From Dehalococcoidia bacterium (GTDB taxonomy: Bacteria > Chloroflexota > Dehalococcoidia > Bin125), in contig CAXXRD010000002.1 of the NCBI GenBank assembly GCA_963663895.2, positions 32,001 to 96,000 of the forward strand: a stretch of DNA of 64,000 bases, written 5' to 3'. The notes under the pieces are model-generated. The model saw only the letters and a program-made list of their open reading frames with translations, did not search any database and was not told the DNA's origin. Numbering within the stretch: the first letter of the stretch is position 1; each line of letters opens with the position of its first letter. The position numbers and the translations under genes were made by a program. Below, in pieces: positions 49,215 to 59,292 of this stretch.

Positions 49215-50240
49215 GTGACATCGGCGCGTTCCTTTGCGGTCCTCACGCTGCTCGCGGCCCTTGCGGCTGCCGTGCTCTTCATCCTCCACCTGGGACTGGG
49301 TACCGTCTGGATCCCACCGGACCGCGTCATCCTCGCCCTGCTGGATCGACCAACGGACCCCACGGACCTGACGATCGTCCGGGAACTGCGGCTGCCTCGC
49401 GCGATACTCGGTCTCCTGGTGGGTTGCATGCTGGGCCTCTCCGGGGCATTGCTGCAGGTCGTCATGCGCAATCGCCTCGCCGAGCCCGGACTCACCGGCG
49501 TCTCCACGGGGGGCATTCTCGCCGCGGTCCTCTTCCTCGCGGGCACGTGGGGATTGCCGCCACCCGGCCGGTTGCTGCCGTTCGTCGTGCTCCTGGGCGC
49601 CCTGGCGGGGGGAGCCCTGGTGCTCTTCGCCAGTTCGTTTCGCGGACGCATTGATCCCTTACGACTGATCCTCACAGCGGTCATCGTCAACGCCGTACTT
49701 GGATCACTGACTGCGATTGTCATGCTGCGCTCGCAGGAGGCGCTTGGCAGCATCCTCTCCTGGCTCATCGGGTCGCTGAACGGCCGCGTCTGGGACGATG
49801 TCTGGCTTGCACTGCCGTGGGCCGCCGTCGGCATCCCGGCGGGGTTGCTGGCTGCCCGTGCCGCGAACCTCCTCCAGCTTGACGACGAATCTGGCCGCGC
49901 GCTCGGCCTCCCATTGCAGCCTGCTCGAGTCGCGCTATTCGGGCTCGCCGCGGTCTTGGCTGCCGGGGCTGTGAGTGTCTCCGGAGCCATCGCGTTCGTA
50001 GGCCTGATGGCCCCAAACGCCGCGCGGGCGATCGCCGGCGCTGACGCCCGCCGTGTCTTGCCCCTGGCCGCCCTCATCGGCTGCGTGCTCCTGCTGGCGG
50101 CCGACCTCGTTGCCCAATCGCTCTCCATCAAGCCGCCAATCTCCTCCTCAGCGTATCGCGTGGGCCTTCCCGTCGGGGCCGTGTTGGCCGTCTTCGGGGC
50201 GCCACTGCTCATCATCCTTCTTCGGAGGAGCATTCGATGA
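49215..50240 (+). CDS. FecCD-family permease
   Basis: ELRLPR, MRNRLAEP, GAIAFVGL.AP, LPVG. Confidence 0.93.
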   Translation: MTSARSFAVLTLLAALAAAVLFILHLGLGTVWIPPDRVILALLDRPTDPTDLTIVRELRLPRAILGLLVGCMLGLSGALLQVVMRNRLAEPGLTGVSTGGILAAVLFLAGTWGLPPPGRLLPFVVLLGALAGGALVLFASSFRGRIDPLRLILTAVIVNAVLGSLTAIVMLRSQEALGSILSWLIGSLNGRVWDDVWLALPWAAVGIPAGLLAARAANLLQLDDESGRALGLPLQPARVALFGLAAVLAAGAVSVSGAIAFVGLMAPNAARAIAGADARRVLPLAALIGCVLLLAADLVAQSLSIKPPISSSAYRVGLPVGAVLAVFGAPLLIILLRRSIR

Positions 50241-51034
50241 ACGATTTCGAACCCATCAGGCTGGCACAAGTCAGCGCCGGCTACGGACAGCGGATGGTGC
50301 TCGATGGCCTCGACCTAGAACTGAAACAGGGCACGATCACGGCTATTGTCGGGCCGAACGGGTCGGGGAAATCCACCGTGATCCGGGCGATGGCCCGGCT
50401 GCTTCCAACGCGGAGCGGCGTCGTACTCCTCGATGGGCAGGACATCCGGAGCTTCGGATCTCGCGGTATCGCCCGTCTGGTATCCGTCCTTCCCCAATCT
50501 CCATCGAGCCCACCCGGGCTGACGGTTCGCGAACTCGTCGAGTTGGGCCGCTTTCCCCATACCGGTCTGTTCGGACGACTCGGCGCCGAGGGCACACTCG
50601 CCGTGGAGTCTGCACTCACGCTCACGGGTTTGACCGATTTCGCGGAGCGCCCCCTCGACGAACTCTCCGGGGGTGAACGCCAGCGCGCATGGGTCGCGCT
50701 CGCTCTCGCGCAAGGTGCCAGCACTCTCCTCCTGGACGAACCGACCACATTTCTCGATGTCCGGCACCAGTTCGAGGTTCTCGACCTCGTTACGTCCCTC
50801 TGCACGAGCCGCGGCATGACGGTCGTTATGGTGCTCCACGACCTCGTGCATGCAGCGAACTATGCGGATCGTGTCGTCGTGGTGGACAGTGGCCGAATCG
50901 TGGCGGACGGTGCGCCCTCCGCCGTGCTCACCGTCGAACTGATGCGGACGGTGTTCGGCGTGGCGGCGAAGATCTTCACCAACCCCGAATCCGGTCGGAT
51001 GTTCTGCCTGCCGATCGGCACTGGCAGGAGTTGA
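50237..51034 (+). CDS. Iron-chelate ABC ATPase (FecE/FepC-like)
   Basis: GPNGSGKST, LGRFPH, LSGGERQRAW, LLDEPTTFLD, VLHD. Confidence 0.95.
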   Translation: MNDFEPIRLAQVSAGYGQRMVLDGLDLELKQGTITAIVGPNGSGKSTVIRAMARLLPTRSGVVLLDGQDIRSFGSRGIARLVSVLPQSPSSPPGLTVRELVELGRFPHTGLFGRLGAEGTLAVESALTLTGLTDFAERPLDELSGGERQRAWVALALAQGASTLLLDEPTTFLDVRHQFEVLDLVTSLCTSRGMTVVMVLHDLVHAANYADRVVVVDSGRIVADGAPSAVLTVELMRTVFGVAAKIFTNPESGRMFCLPIGTGRS

Positions 51035-51175
51035 TCTCCGTGCCAACAGGCCACCGCATCACTGCTGCTCTTACTAGCGAACTGGTAGCGGAGTCAGCCC
51101 TCGTTTAGCGAGTGAAAAGCCAGACGACCCAGCCGGATACTCGGCGAAGGTCAACAGGTGTCCAGCTGCTCAGGT

Positions 51176-51267
51176 CCACTGCACGAACATTGGGATCAAT
51201 GTTCCAAAACGACCAACAGGGCAGGGTGCCGTTCTGCTTGACTGTTGGTCTCTCGGGATGAGATGCG
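51176..51267. repeat. 92-bp direct repeat right of the iron-uptake module
   Basis: Matches 42833-42924; contains inverted repeat GAACATTG-GGAT-CAATGTTC. Confidence 0.9.
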
Positions 51268-51852
51268 TTAACCGGCTGCTTTCTCTGTGATCGAGGTGCC
51301 CTTGCATGGACCCCGGTCGACCCGCGCTCGGGCGAGGGAGCAGGCAATCCGAGCCTCGCGAGGCCGTCGTTCAAGGCGTGGTCTCACCTGTTGGTGAACA
51401 GAGGCCGACCACAGTTCGTGCCCCTCTTGGTAGGCCTAACTTGGGGATTATACAGGCTAGTGCCCATTCGGAGGGATGACATGTTAAGGGAATCTGGCTT
51501 GTACGACTTTTGCCAAGACGGCCCTGACCGGGGGAGTTTCAGCATCCGCCGTGGCGGATGGCGACCAACGCGCGTGGAGTTTGCCAACGCACCAAAGACG
51601 CAAGGCGGGTTGGCCGTGCGCGTGCTCGATGTGAGCGGCGGCGAGAGCCATCCCTACCAATGGCAACTGACAGAGGAGCAGAACGCAGCGATCTACGCAT
51701 GGTGCCACGCGGTGATGAAGCAGTTAGGCATGAGGCCGAAGACGAGGATGGTATGGATACCTGGCTTGCACAGGATCGCCCCGTCCGGTGGGCACTAGGC
51801 TATATAAGCCCCCCTAACTTGACGGTAGGCAGTACCACCTTCGAGGTGCTGT

Positions 51853-52066
51853 TCAATCTGTAGCCGTGGGCTCGATGACCACGCGCCCTCCGTCCTCGAC
51901 TTCGATGTACAGGCTGTAGCCATCAAGCAGCCGCATGCCGACGAGCGGCGTCGTGTCGGAGGCATCCGCCTCCGTATACCCGGCTAGGCCATCCCAGAGC
52001 ACGGCCATCTCATAGTAAGGGAATCTCGTCTCCCTGCCATCGGCAAGCGTCGCGCGAGCAAGCCGC
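51853..52066 (-). pseudogene. C-terminal half of a clan AA (retropepsin-like) aspartic protease
   Basis: ATLADG, V.WDG, PLVGMRLL.GY.L.IEV..GG.V.IE; no start codon and no catalytic DTG. Confidence 0.7.
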
Positions 52067-52774
52067 GGCTCCTATGGGTCGACTGCTAGTCGCGAGCCTA
52101 CGAGGACAGTGAGTGCGTCCGTTGGACGTTGGATGCTCACGGAGTCCTCGCCCAAGCCAGTCCTGTCAGCATATAATGGCTACACTCAGCCAGAGCGCTT
52201 AGGCACCTGCTCAATTGCGTACCGACCAGCGATCGCTTGCTGCTTAGGCCTGGTCAGCGGCGGAGAGGATCCAGCCCGATGGCTTGCCAGATCGGAATCA
52301 CCACCGATCCAGACAGGAGGAGGAGGGAGTGGCGGAGTCAGCGCCCCACTCTGCGAGACTGGCGAATTCTGAGCACGCACTGATCCAAGCGCGCCGCCCA
52401 GAGGGAAGAAAGTAAGCTGGCGGTACGATCCACCTGCAGCTCTCATGCGGGCAGAGCCGCCCCCGAGCGCGCGACGTGGTACGTCTACCGCTTCAACCTT
52501 CTGAGAGCCGGCGTCGGGCAGCGCGTGTTGACCCCCACCGGACAGGACTCTGCGTGCTGATGCAGGGGCGCTTCAGACATCAGTCGAGGGTGGCAGGGAA
52601 TGGTTCCCGCCATCACTGCGCTGCGATAGAGCCGCTCCAAGGTTGGGTGCCACCTTCCCACGGGTTCGGGTGGAGCGGCCGGCGGGACCCGCAGAGATGC
52701 GGGCTTCCAGCCGGGGGATGGGGAACCCCGACGCAACCGTCGTCGGGAGGCCTCGAGTCGCCGGAGCGCGATCG

Positions 52775-54544
52775 ATGCTGAAGGAGATCCCCCGAAGAGA
52801 TCCGCTAGTCCGAGAGATACTCAAGTGGGCGGATGTGCAGGCCAGCCCGGTGTTGACGCACGAGTCTGCTCCTGGAACGACCTGTCAGGAGAAGGAGTTG
52901 TTGGCGGCGGTGGGCGGTCTAGCCAATGCCGTCTCGATGCGGGCTGACAACAACGGCTCCAGTGTGCCACGCGAGGTGAGGGATTGGTGGGACGCGGCCC
53001 CATCCCCTCCAGCGAATGTCGTCGACAGGGCTTGTAGCGCCTTGAACTCGGGCCGGGACCTGTTCGGCGAGCTCTATGCGGCGATCGTGTCGATGTCTAG
53101 CCGTCGACGGCTAGGCACAGTCTTCACACCGCGCCAATTGACGACACACATGCTCGCTCTCTGCGACGAGTACGGAGTCACCCCGGCCACCGTTGTCGAC
53201 CCTGGAGCGGGCGTCGGCGCCTTCACTTTGGACGCCGCAGCCAAGTGGCAGGTGCCTGTGATCGCGGTGGACCTCAATGTGGCCACGCTCGGCTTTCTTG
53301 CTGCTCGCTGCCACCTTGCCGGCCTCGAGACGTCGACGTACCCCACTCAGAACGAGACCGCGTGTACCGCACCAAGCGGGATTCACCTCGTCTGCGACGA
53401 CTTTCTTACTTGGCTGCCGGACGGCTCTTCTCGAGTACAAGGGCCGACTCTAGTGATCGGGAACCCTCCCTACACCCGGCACCAAGGGATGGACCAGCAG
53501 TCCAAGGCCGCTGCTCGAGCAGCGGCGGGTCCGCTTATTTCCTCCGGACTCGCAGGTATGGCAGCCTATTTCCTCGCGGCGACTCTCCTCCATCTGAAGC
53601 CTGCGGATGCGCTTTGCATGGTCCTCCCCAGTTCTTGGATGCACGCCAAATACGGCCGCGAGATTCGCGACCATCTGTGGCGGCTCACTCATCGAAGCGT
53701 CCGACTCGATGTCTTCCCGCACGACGTGGATGTCTTCCCGCGAGCGAAGGTCGACGCCGTGGTCCTCTTCGTGGGCCCCGAAGCACGGGAGCCAAAGTGT
53801 CTGACCGTCACCGATGCCTCCGTCAGCAGCACGAAGGTAGCCACTGCCCGGGCGGAGCACATAGACCGCCAATTCGAGCAGCCGCCGATGTTTCCCCGGT
53901 TGCCACTCGAGTGGAGTTGTGCGGATGACCAAGAAGCAGACCTTTGGGAGTCTTTCACGGTCCATAGAGGAATTGCTACGGGGATGAACGCGTTCTTCCT
54001 CCTCACCGACGCCGAGGTGGCAGAGCACCGGCTCCCCGATTCAGTATTGGCACCCGTGGTCAGCAGTCTCCGGGGGGTAGACGCTGAGACACTAGACGAA
54101 GCGGCGTTCGAGCGTCTCGGGAGTCAAGAGATGAAGCGCTGGCTCCTGGTAGTCAAGCCAGACGACATCGACATCCCAGAGGTGTCCGCATACCTCAGCC
54201 GCGGGGTTCGCTGCGGGGCCTCTGACGGATTCCTTACGAGGCAGCGAGCACACTGGTTCTCTCTCGAGGATCGCGAGGAGGCTCCACTGCTGCTGCTTCC
54301 TATGACAAAGGGCGACTTCCGTGTGGTAAGGAACCTGAAGGGTGTGAAGCATACGAACAGTCTCTACGGCTTGTACCCACGCTCTGACGATGTCGACGTC
54401 GACGAAGCCGCTCGCTGGCTCCGCGGCGCTAAGGGCCAGCAAGCACTGCGCCAGGTCGCGAGGCGGTATGGTGCTGGCATGCTGAAGCTGGAACCGCGAG
54501 CCGTGGGTTCCACCCGCGTGCCGCGATCTTTCGGCAAGACGTAG
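52775..54544 (+). CDS. Gamma-class N6-adenine DNA methyltransferase (Eco57I/TaqI-like M domain plus TRD)
   Basis: LGTVFTP, VDPGAGVGAF, DDFL, IGNPPY, RGIATG.N.FF, LKLEP; ATG after GGAG (ORF track starts at 52643). Confidence 0.9.
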   Translation: MLKEIPRRDPLVREILKWADVQASPVLTHESAPGTTCQEKELLAAVGGLANAVSMRADNNGSSVPREVRDWWDAAPSPPANVVDRACSALNSGRDLFGELYAAIVSMSSRRRLGTVFTPRQLTTHMLALCDEYGVTPATVVDPGAGVGAFTLDAAAKWQVPVIAVDLNVATLGFLAARCHLAGLETSTYPTQNETACTAPSGIHLVCDDFLTWLPDGSSRVQGPTLVIGNPPYTRHQGMDQQSKAAARAAAGPLISSGLAGMAAYFLAATLLHLKPADALCMVLPSSWMHAKYGREIRDHLWRLTHRSVRLDVFPHDVDVFPRAKVDAVVLFVGPEAREPKCLTVTDASVSSTKVATARAEHIDRQFEQPPMFPRLPLEWSCADDQEADLWESFTVHRGIATGMNAFFLLTDAEVAEHRLPDSVLAPVVSSLRGVDAETLDEAAFERLGSQEMKRWLLVVKPDDIDIPEVSAYLSRGVRCGASDGFLTRQRAHWFSLEDREEAPLLLLPMTKGDFRVVRNLKGVKHTNSLYGLYPRSDDVDVDEAARWLRGAKGQQALRQVARRYGAGMLKLEPRAVGSTRVPRSFGKT

Positions 54545-54559
54545 CGAAGGCGAGTTCGC

Positions 54560-56821
54560 ATGGCGAGGTTCACGGTCGACACGCACCTCTTCTCGGAGTT
54601 GGGCGCCCTGCTCGTCGGCCGCGACAGCACGGCGCTCAATGAACTCGTCAAGAACGCGTATGACGCTGATGCCTCCACGGTGATCGTGCATGGTGAGGGC
54701 TTGGCGGCTGCCGGTGGATCGATTGAAGTGATCGATGACGGCGTAGGGATGACCGCGGAAGCGTTCGAGCGAGGATTCCTTCGGATCGCTTCGCGCGTGA
54801 AGACACTGGGGGAGCGAAAGTCCCCTGTCTTTGGCCGTCGATACACTGGACGGAAGGGGATTGGACGTCTTGCCGCCCACAAACTAGCTTCGCAAGTCGG
54901 CGTGCATTCGGTGCCCGACCCAAGAGTATTCGGATCCGACGCAGTGGGAGTGGAGGCATCGATCGATTGGGACATGATCGAGTCCCTTGAGTCGATCGAT
55001 GAAACCGATGCCGGTATCGATTTGCGTACGCTTCCGGCCAACCCGGGCCCGCATGGAACAACCGTTGCCCTGGGGCGGCTCAGGAGTCGCTGGAGCCCTT
55101 CCATGCTCGCGAGATTCGTCGGCGAGGTGCGCAGCTTCGAGGCCCCTGCGTTCCTAGTCGATCGACTCCCAACCACCACAATCGCGGAGCCCTTGTTGTT
55201 TGAGCAGCCGCGCGTTCGAGACTCATCTGCCGATGATCCGGGGTTTCTCGTACGACTATCAGGAGACCTTGACGTCGGCGATGACTACTGGCAGCAACTC
55301 GCTGAGCGGTGCCAGTGGATTATCGAGATTAAGGCTCGGCAGGGAGAACGGAACGTCGAGTATGCGGTGGGGCCAACCGCGGCCGAGGCCGTCCGCACCC
55401 CGTTAGCACACTTCCAGCACTGGACTATCCCGCACCCCGATCCTGATACAGGCCCGTTCTTCGCCGCTCGTATCTTCGTGAGGGCTACCAGGAGGGTCAC
55501 CGGACCTGTGCGTGCCTTCGCACTCGGTGCAGCCGGCGTGCGCGTGTATATGGAAGGATTCCGTGTTCTTCCCTACGGTGAGAGAGGTGACGACTGGCTA
55601 AAGCTTGACGCGGACTACACACGGCGTCGTCAGCCCTTCGAGCTAGGCGGTCTCTCCGGGCAGCCGCTGGACGAGCCAGTCGAAGAAGAGACGCTCCTCC
55701 GCCTGGCCAACGACAACTACTACGGTGGGGTCTTCCTCACCGACGCCGGTTCACCAATGTTGGAAATGCTCGTGAACCGGGAAGGGTTCATTCCTGGCGA
55801 GGGCTTCGTACACCTAGTGGATCTGGTGCGCAGAGGTATAGACCTGTCGGTGCGCTTGCGTGCGTCTGTGCAATCACAGACTCGGTCGGGACGAGGCTTG
55901 GACGCCGGAGACGATGGGACCGTCGCGCAGCCGGCTCACGTCGAGGAAGCCCTCAAGCGCACACTGGAGGTCATTGGCGACGCGAGGATTCACACGAAAG
56001 AGCTGGGGTCGGATGGCGAGCTGCTCGACGACGCACTAGATCGCACTGCTAGCTCTGTGCGAGATACCCAGAAAGTGCTCTCTGCGGCACGCTCTGAGCA
56101 GCAGAATCTGCGGACTGCCGCAAGCATTGGTACGCAGTTCGCTGCCTTCATCCATGAGATCCATGCGCTGTTGGCACAAGCTCGCGCGGTGGACGCCATT
56201 GCAGAGCGTCTCACCACTGACGATGCCATCCCGCGATCGTCGCGCCAGACCTTACGCGATCTGCGCGATGCAATCGCCGCCCTCGTCCTGCAGCTGGAGC
56301 GGCAGGCGTCGTTCCTGACTGATGTCGTGGGGGCCAACGCTCGCAGACGCAGGCGTCGATTATCGGTCCGGGTGGAGGTCAGTAGCGCCCTTAGGCTGCT
56401 TTCCTCGCGCATCGAACGCAGGGACCAATCAATCGAGATCGATGTTGCCCCTAACCTCAGGACCCCACCGATGTTCAGTTCAGAATGGTTGAGCATTCTG
56501 ATCAACGTCCTCAGCAACGCAGTCAAGGCTGCAGGCGACGGGGGAACCATCCTTGTGAGAAGCAGTGCAACCGATGGGTACTTGCACCTCGAGGTCGCCA
56601 ACACAGGAGAGGCCGTTGACTTGGCAGATGCGGAGCGCTGGTTTCGACCATTCGAGTCCAGCACCGCAGAAATAGACGAAGTCCTCGGGCAGGGAATGGG
56701 ATTGGGGCTCCCTATCGTCCGCCGGATCCTCGATGAGTACGGAGGCTCAGCAGAATTCGTCCCCTCCAAACCGCCCTTCATGACCACTCTTGACATCCGT
56801 CTACCCGAGCGCGCCCGATGA
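54560..56821 (+). CDS. GHKL (MORC/MutL-like) ATPase fused to a C-terminal histidine kinase
   Basis: N-term ELVKNAYDADA, DDGVGM, GRKGIGR, GTTV, GVRVY.EGFRVLPYG; C-term FIHEI H-box, NVLSNAVKA, PFES, GMGLGL. Confidence 0.88.
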   Translation: MARFTVDTHLFSELGALLVGRDSTALNELVKNAYDADASTVIVHGEGLAAAGGSIEVIDDGVGMTAEAFERGFLRIASRVKTLGERKSPVFGRRYTGRKGIGRLAAHKLASQVGVHSVPDPRVFGSDAVGVEASIDWDMIESLESIDETDAGIDLRTLPANPGPHGTTVALGRLRSRWSPSMLARFVGEVRSFEAPAFLVDRLPTTTIAEPLLFEQPRVRDSSADDPGFLVRLSGDLDVGDDYWQQLAERCQWIIEIKARQGERNVEYAVGPTAAEAVRTPLAHFQHWTIPHPDPDTGPFFAARIFVRATRRVTGPVRAFALGAAGVRVYMEGFRVLPYGERGDDWLKLDADYTRRRQPFELGGLSGQPLDEPVEEETLLRLANDNYYGGVFLTDAGSPMLEMLVNREGFIPGEGFVHLVDLVRRGIDLSVRLRASVQSQTRSGRGLDAGDDGTVAQPAHVEEALKRTLEVIGDARIHTKELGSDGELLDDALDRTASSVRDTQKVLSAARSEQQNLRTAASIGTQFAAFIHEIHALLAQARAVDAIAERLTTDDAIPRSSRQTLRDLRDAIAALVLQLERQASFLTDVVGANARRRRRRLSVRVEVSSALRLLSSRIERRDQSIEIDVAPNLRTPPMFSSEWLSILINVLSNAVKAAGDGGTILVRSSATDGYLHLEVANTGEAVDLADAERWFRPFESSTAEIDEVLGQGMGLGLPIVRRILDEYGGSAEFVPSKPPFMTTLDIRLPERAR

Positions 56822-57921
56822 CGATTCCGCACATCCTGATCGTTGATGACGACCCGGACCGAGCAAGGAAATCGATTGGGCTTGAATTCGTCGCAGACGA
56901 CGCGAATGTTGTTGTCCGGCACCCCCAGGAAATCTCATCAGGTGACTTGGCGAGCTGCACGGTTATCGCCGTAGACCACTACCTGGAGGACTGGCCCGAA
57001 CGGGACCTGCAGGGTCCCGCCATGAACCCCAGAAACGGATTTGCGGTAGCGGCCGTCCTCCGCTCGCAGCTGCCAGTGGACCAACCGGGTCCCGCGATTG
57101 CGATCCTCACTGCCGAGTTGTCTACGCTTGCTGGGACATTGCCGTTGAAGGCCGCCGAGCACCTGCTCGCCTGGCAGCACGATATTGAGTGGGTGTTCCC
57201 CAAGAGCAGCGCAGTCCCACTTCGTCTGATCGCCATGTCCAGAGCCGTCCAGAAGCTCCGAGATGTATGGAGCAGTTCGCTTGAACTGGAGGACCTTGCC
57301 TCGGGCTGGCTCGACCTAAAGGATGTCGACTGGCGCGGTGTAGCGCTGGATCATGTCCTCCAGACCCGTCCGCCCATTCACGCCGTCAGCGCCCAGACCG
57401 CCGGTGCTAGCATCCTGGGGTGGTTCTTGCACCGGGTGCTACCGTACCCCACCTTCTTAACCAACATCTTCTGGACAGCCACCCGTTTGGGCGTTGCTCC
57501 GAGCTGGCTCGAGGCGGAGCTTCAGACGGACAGCGGGCTGTCCACGCGCCTGTCGGGCTGCCAGTACTCGGGGGCTTTCTCGGAGTTCTCGGCCCCGCAT
57601 TGGTGGAGGGCGGGCCTTGCGAACATGATCGCTCAACTCTCGGACGGACAGCCGTTCGATCGGACCGCGCTGCATACGGGGGTTCGTCGCGTCACCTCGG
57701 TCGAGCCGGACTTCTTGACCGAAGAGCATCCTGTTCTCGCGGTCGACCCCGCGACGATGGAGCCGACGCGAATCGTCGAGGTTGACCGGGCGATACGGAT
57801 TAGCCCCGACGGCTGGCCACTCTACGCAGATGACGCTTGGGCATCGGTGGCTGACGCCCTCGACAATCCCGATATCGCCGAGATCGTTCTGGAACAGTCG
57901 CTTCTTGAGGCTCCCGGCTAA
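56818..57921 (+). CDS. Receiver-domain protein with unknown C-terminal output domain
   Basis: ILIVDDD, IAVDHYL (phospho-Asp), NGFAVA, ILTA, FPK; ATGA overlap with the kinase. Confidence 0.8.
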   Translation: MTIPHILIVDDDPDRARKSIGLEFVADDANVVVRHPQEISSGDLASCTVIAVDHYLEDWPERDLQGPAMNPRNGFAVAAVLRSQLPVDQPGPAIAILTAELSTLAGTLPLKAAEHLLAWQHDIEWVFPKSSAVPLRLIAMSRAVQKLRDVWSSSLELEDLASGWLDLKDVDWRGVALDHVLQTRPPIHAVSAQTAGASILGWFLHRVLPYPTFLTNIFWTATRLGVAPSWLEAELQTDSGLSTRLSGCQYSGAFSEFSAPHWWRAGLANMIAQLSDGQPFDRTALHTGVRRVTSVEPDFLTEEHPVLAVDPATMEPTRIVEVDRAIRISPDGWPLYADDAWASVADALDNPDIAEIVLEQSLLEAPG

Positions 57922-57924
57922 CCG

Positions 57925-58713
57925 ATGACGGATGATCCCCTTCAATTTGACGTGCATGAGCTCATTAGCGAGGTGAAGCTCATGGAGAAGCTGGGCGCGG
58001 CCTTTCTCGAGGAAGGTGCAACCTGTGTGTTGAAGGACGTCGTCGGCCAGCTCGAAAGGCTCCGGTACTGTCGTGACGCGATTACGGTGTCCGTAGGTCC
58101 CGAGTGGCCGATCAGGACAATTGCATCTGACGGCGGGTATGAGCGAGACCACGGCGGCAGCCACAAGGATCTGTTCGCAGAACTAATCTTCCACTGGCGA
58201 CTACGGCCGCTGGGCAACGCGAGCAAGAAACCTCAAGCGAGACGCCGAGTGGAGGTTGCCGGAATCACGTCCACCGTGGCTCGACTGAAGATCAACTACC
58301 AGGGAACGGCGTTTGACGTCGCAAGTTGGCGAATGGAGTTCGGCGACGGCGCAAGCCCGGGGGCCTTTTTTCATGCTCAGATTCCGGACGCGTGGGAGGC
58401 GTGTGATCAGGCCGACCAAGGGAACGGGCCGACGAAGTGGCCCCACTGGTTGCCGGTACCTAGGCTGCCAATACCGGTTCTGACACCGATGCTTGCGTTG
58501 GAGTTCACACTCGCGGAGGTATTCCAAGACCGCTGGCCTGAGCACCTTGCATCGGGCAGGTATGAGGTAGACAAGTGGCGCGCGCTGCAGCAGAACCGCT
58601 ATGTGAGTTACTACGAGTGGCAAAAAGAGAATGCAGGTACATCGGGGCCCGGTTCGCCCATCTTAGCCACAAAGGGCGCGAAGCCAGCTTGGGACTTGTT
58701 CCTCTCCCAGTAG
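57925..58713 (+). CDS. Hypothetical protein, fourth gene of the operon
   Basis: 3 nt after the previous stop; PGAFFHAQI...LPVPRLP...TP..ALEF motif. Confidence 0.75.
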   Translation: MTDDPLQFDVHELISEVKLMEKLGAAFLEEGATCVLKDVVGQLERLRYCRDAITVSVGPEWPIRTIASDGGYERDHGGSHKDLFAELIFHWRLRPLGNASKKPQARRRVEVAGITSTVARLKINYQGTAFDVASWRMEFGDGASPGAFFHAQIPDAWEACDQADQGNGPTKWPHWLPVPRLPIPVLTPMLALEFTLAEVFQDRWPEHLASGRYEVDKWRALQQNRYVSYYEWQKENAGTSGPGSPILATKGAKPAWDLFLSQ

Positions 58714-58795
58714 TAGGAGGGAGCTGGTCCGGTCGGCAACAGTCCGTGGCACTGCGGGTAGCCGAGTGAGTGGTGCGGACTTCGAGCATCCCCAG

Positions 58796-58882
58796 CTGCA
58801 GGGTGTTCCGGTAGACCATGAGACGACCCGCAACCAGCTTAGTCGGGTCGATGCGCCAGTAGGGTCGGGAAGCTGAAAGCGT
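58796..58882 (-). pseudogene. Short decayed helicase C-terminal remnant
   Basis: ASRPYWRI...MVYRNTLQ; DNA homologous to 61161-61243. Confidence 0.6.
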
Positions 58883-59292
58883 AAGTCGCTCTGCGCTTAT
58901 AGAGCTGCGGGATGGCTCCCCATCGGGTGCCCCCCGGCATCCGGAAGCCAACGCAGGGCTCGGGGCGACGCCAGAGCTGGTCGCAGCAGCGCTACTGAGG
59001 CACCGGCCCGAGGGCGATCGCTCCTAAGGGCCTGTCTACACTTGGCGGCAACGACTAGGCTGTATGGCATGTCGAGGAAATGTGGAAACCCAGCGATCAC
59101 GGGTGAAGCCCCAGCGAGGACGCCCGAACGCCTCTTGTGCGTACCCTCCATCAAGGGAATGCAGCGCTACCATCGGTGGCTTCGATACGGGGATACCTAC
59201 AAGTGTGACACCTGCGGGAAGATAGACGACCGCTAGCTTGGTCACGCGAACTCCTCGCGCGCCGCGCCCAGACAAAGCAGGCGGCAGAAGAG

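Noticed and set aside
51391-51798. 135-aa ORF
   Set aside because: May be real, but there is no motif or context to support a call
52067-52640. Short ORFs upstream of the methyltransferase as a possible fifth gene or nuclease
   Set aside because: No consistent frame or catalytic motif; probably decayed sequence
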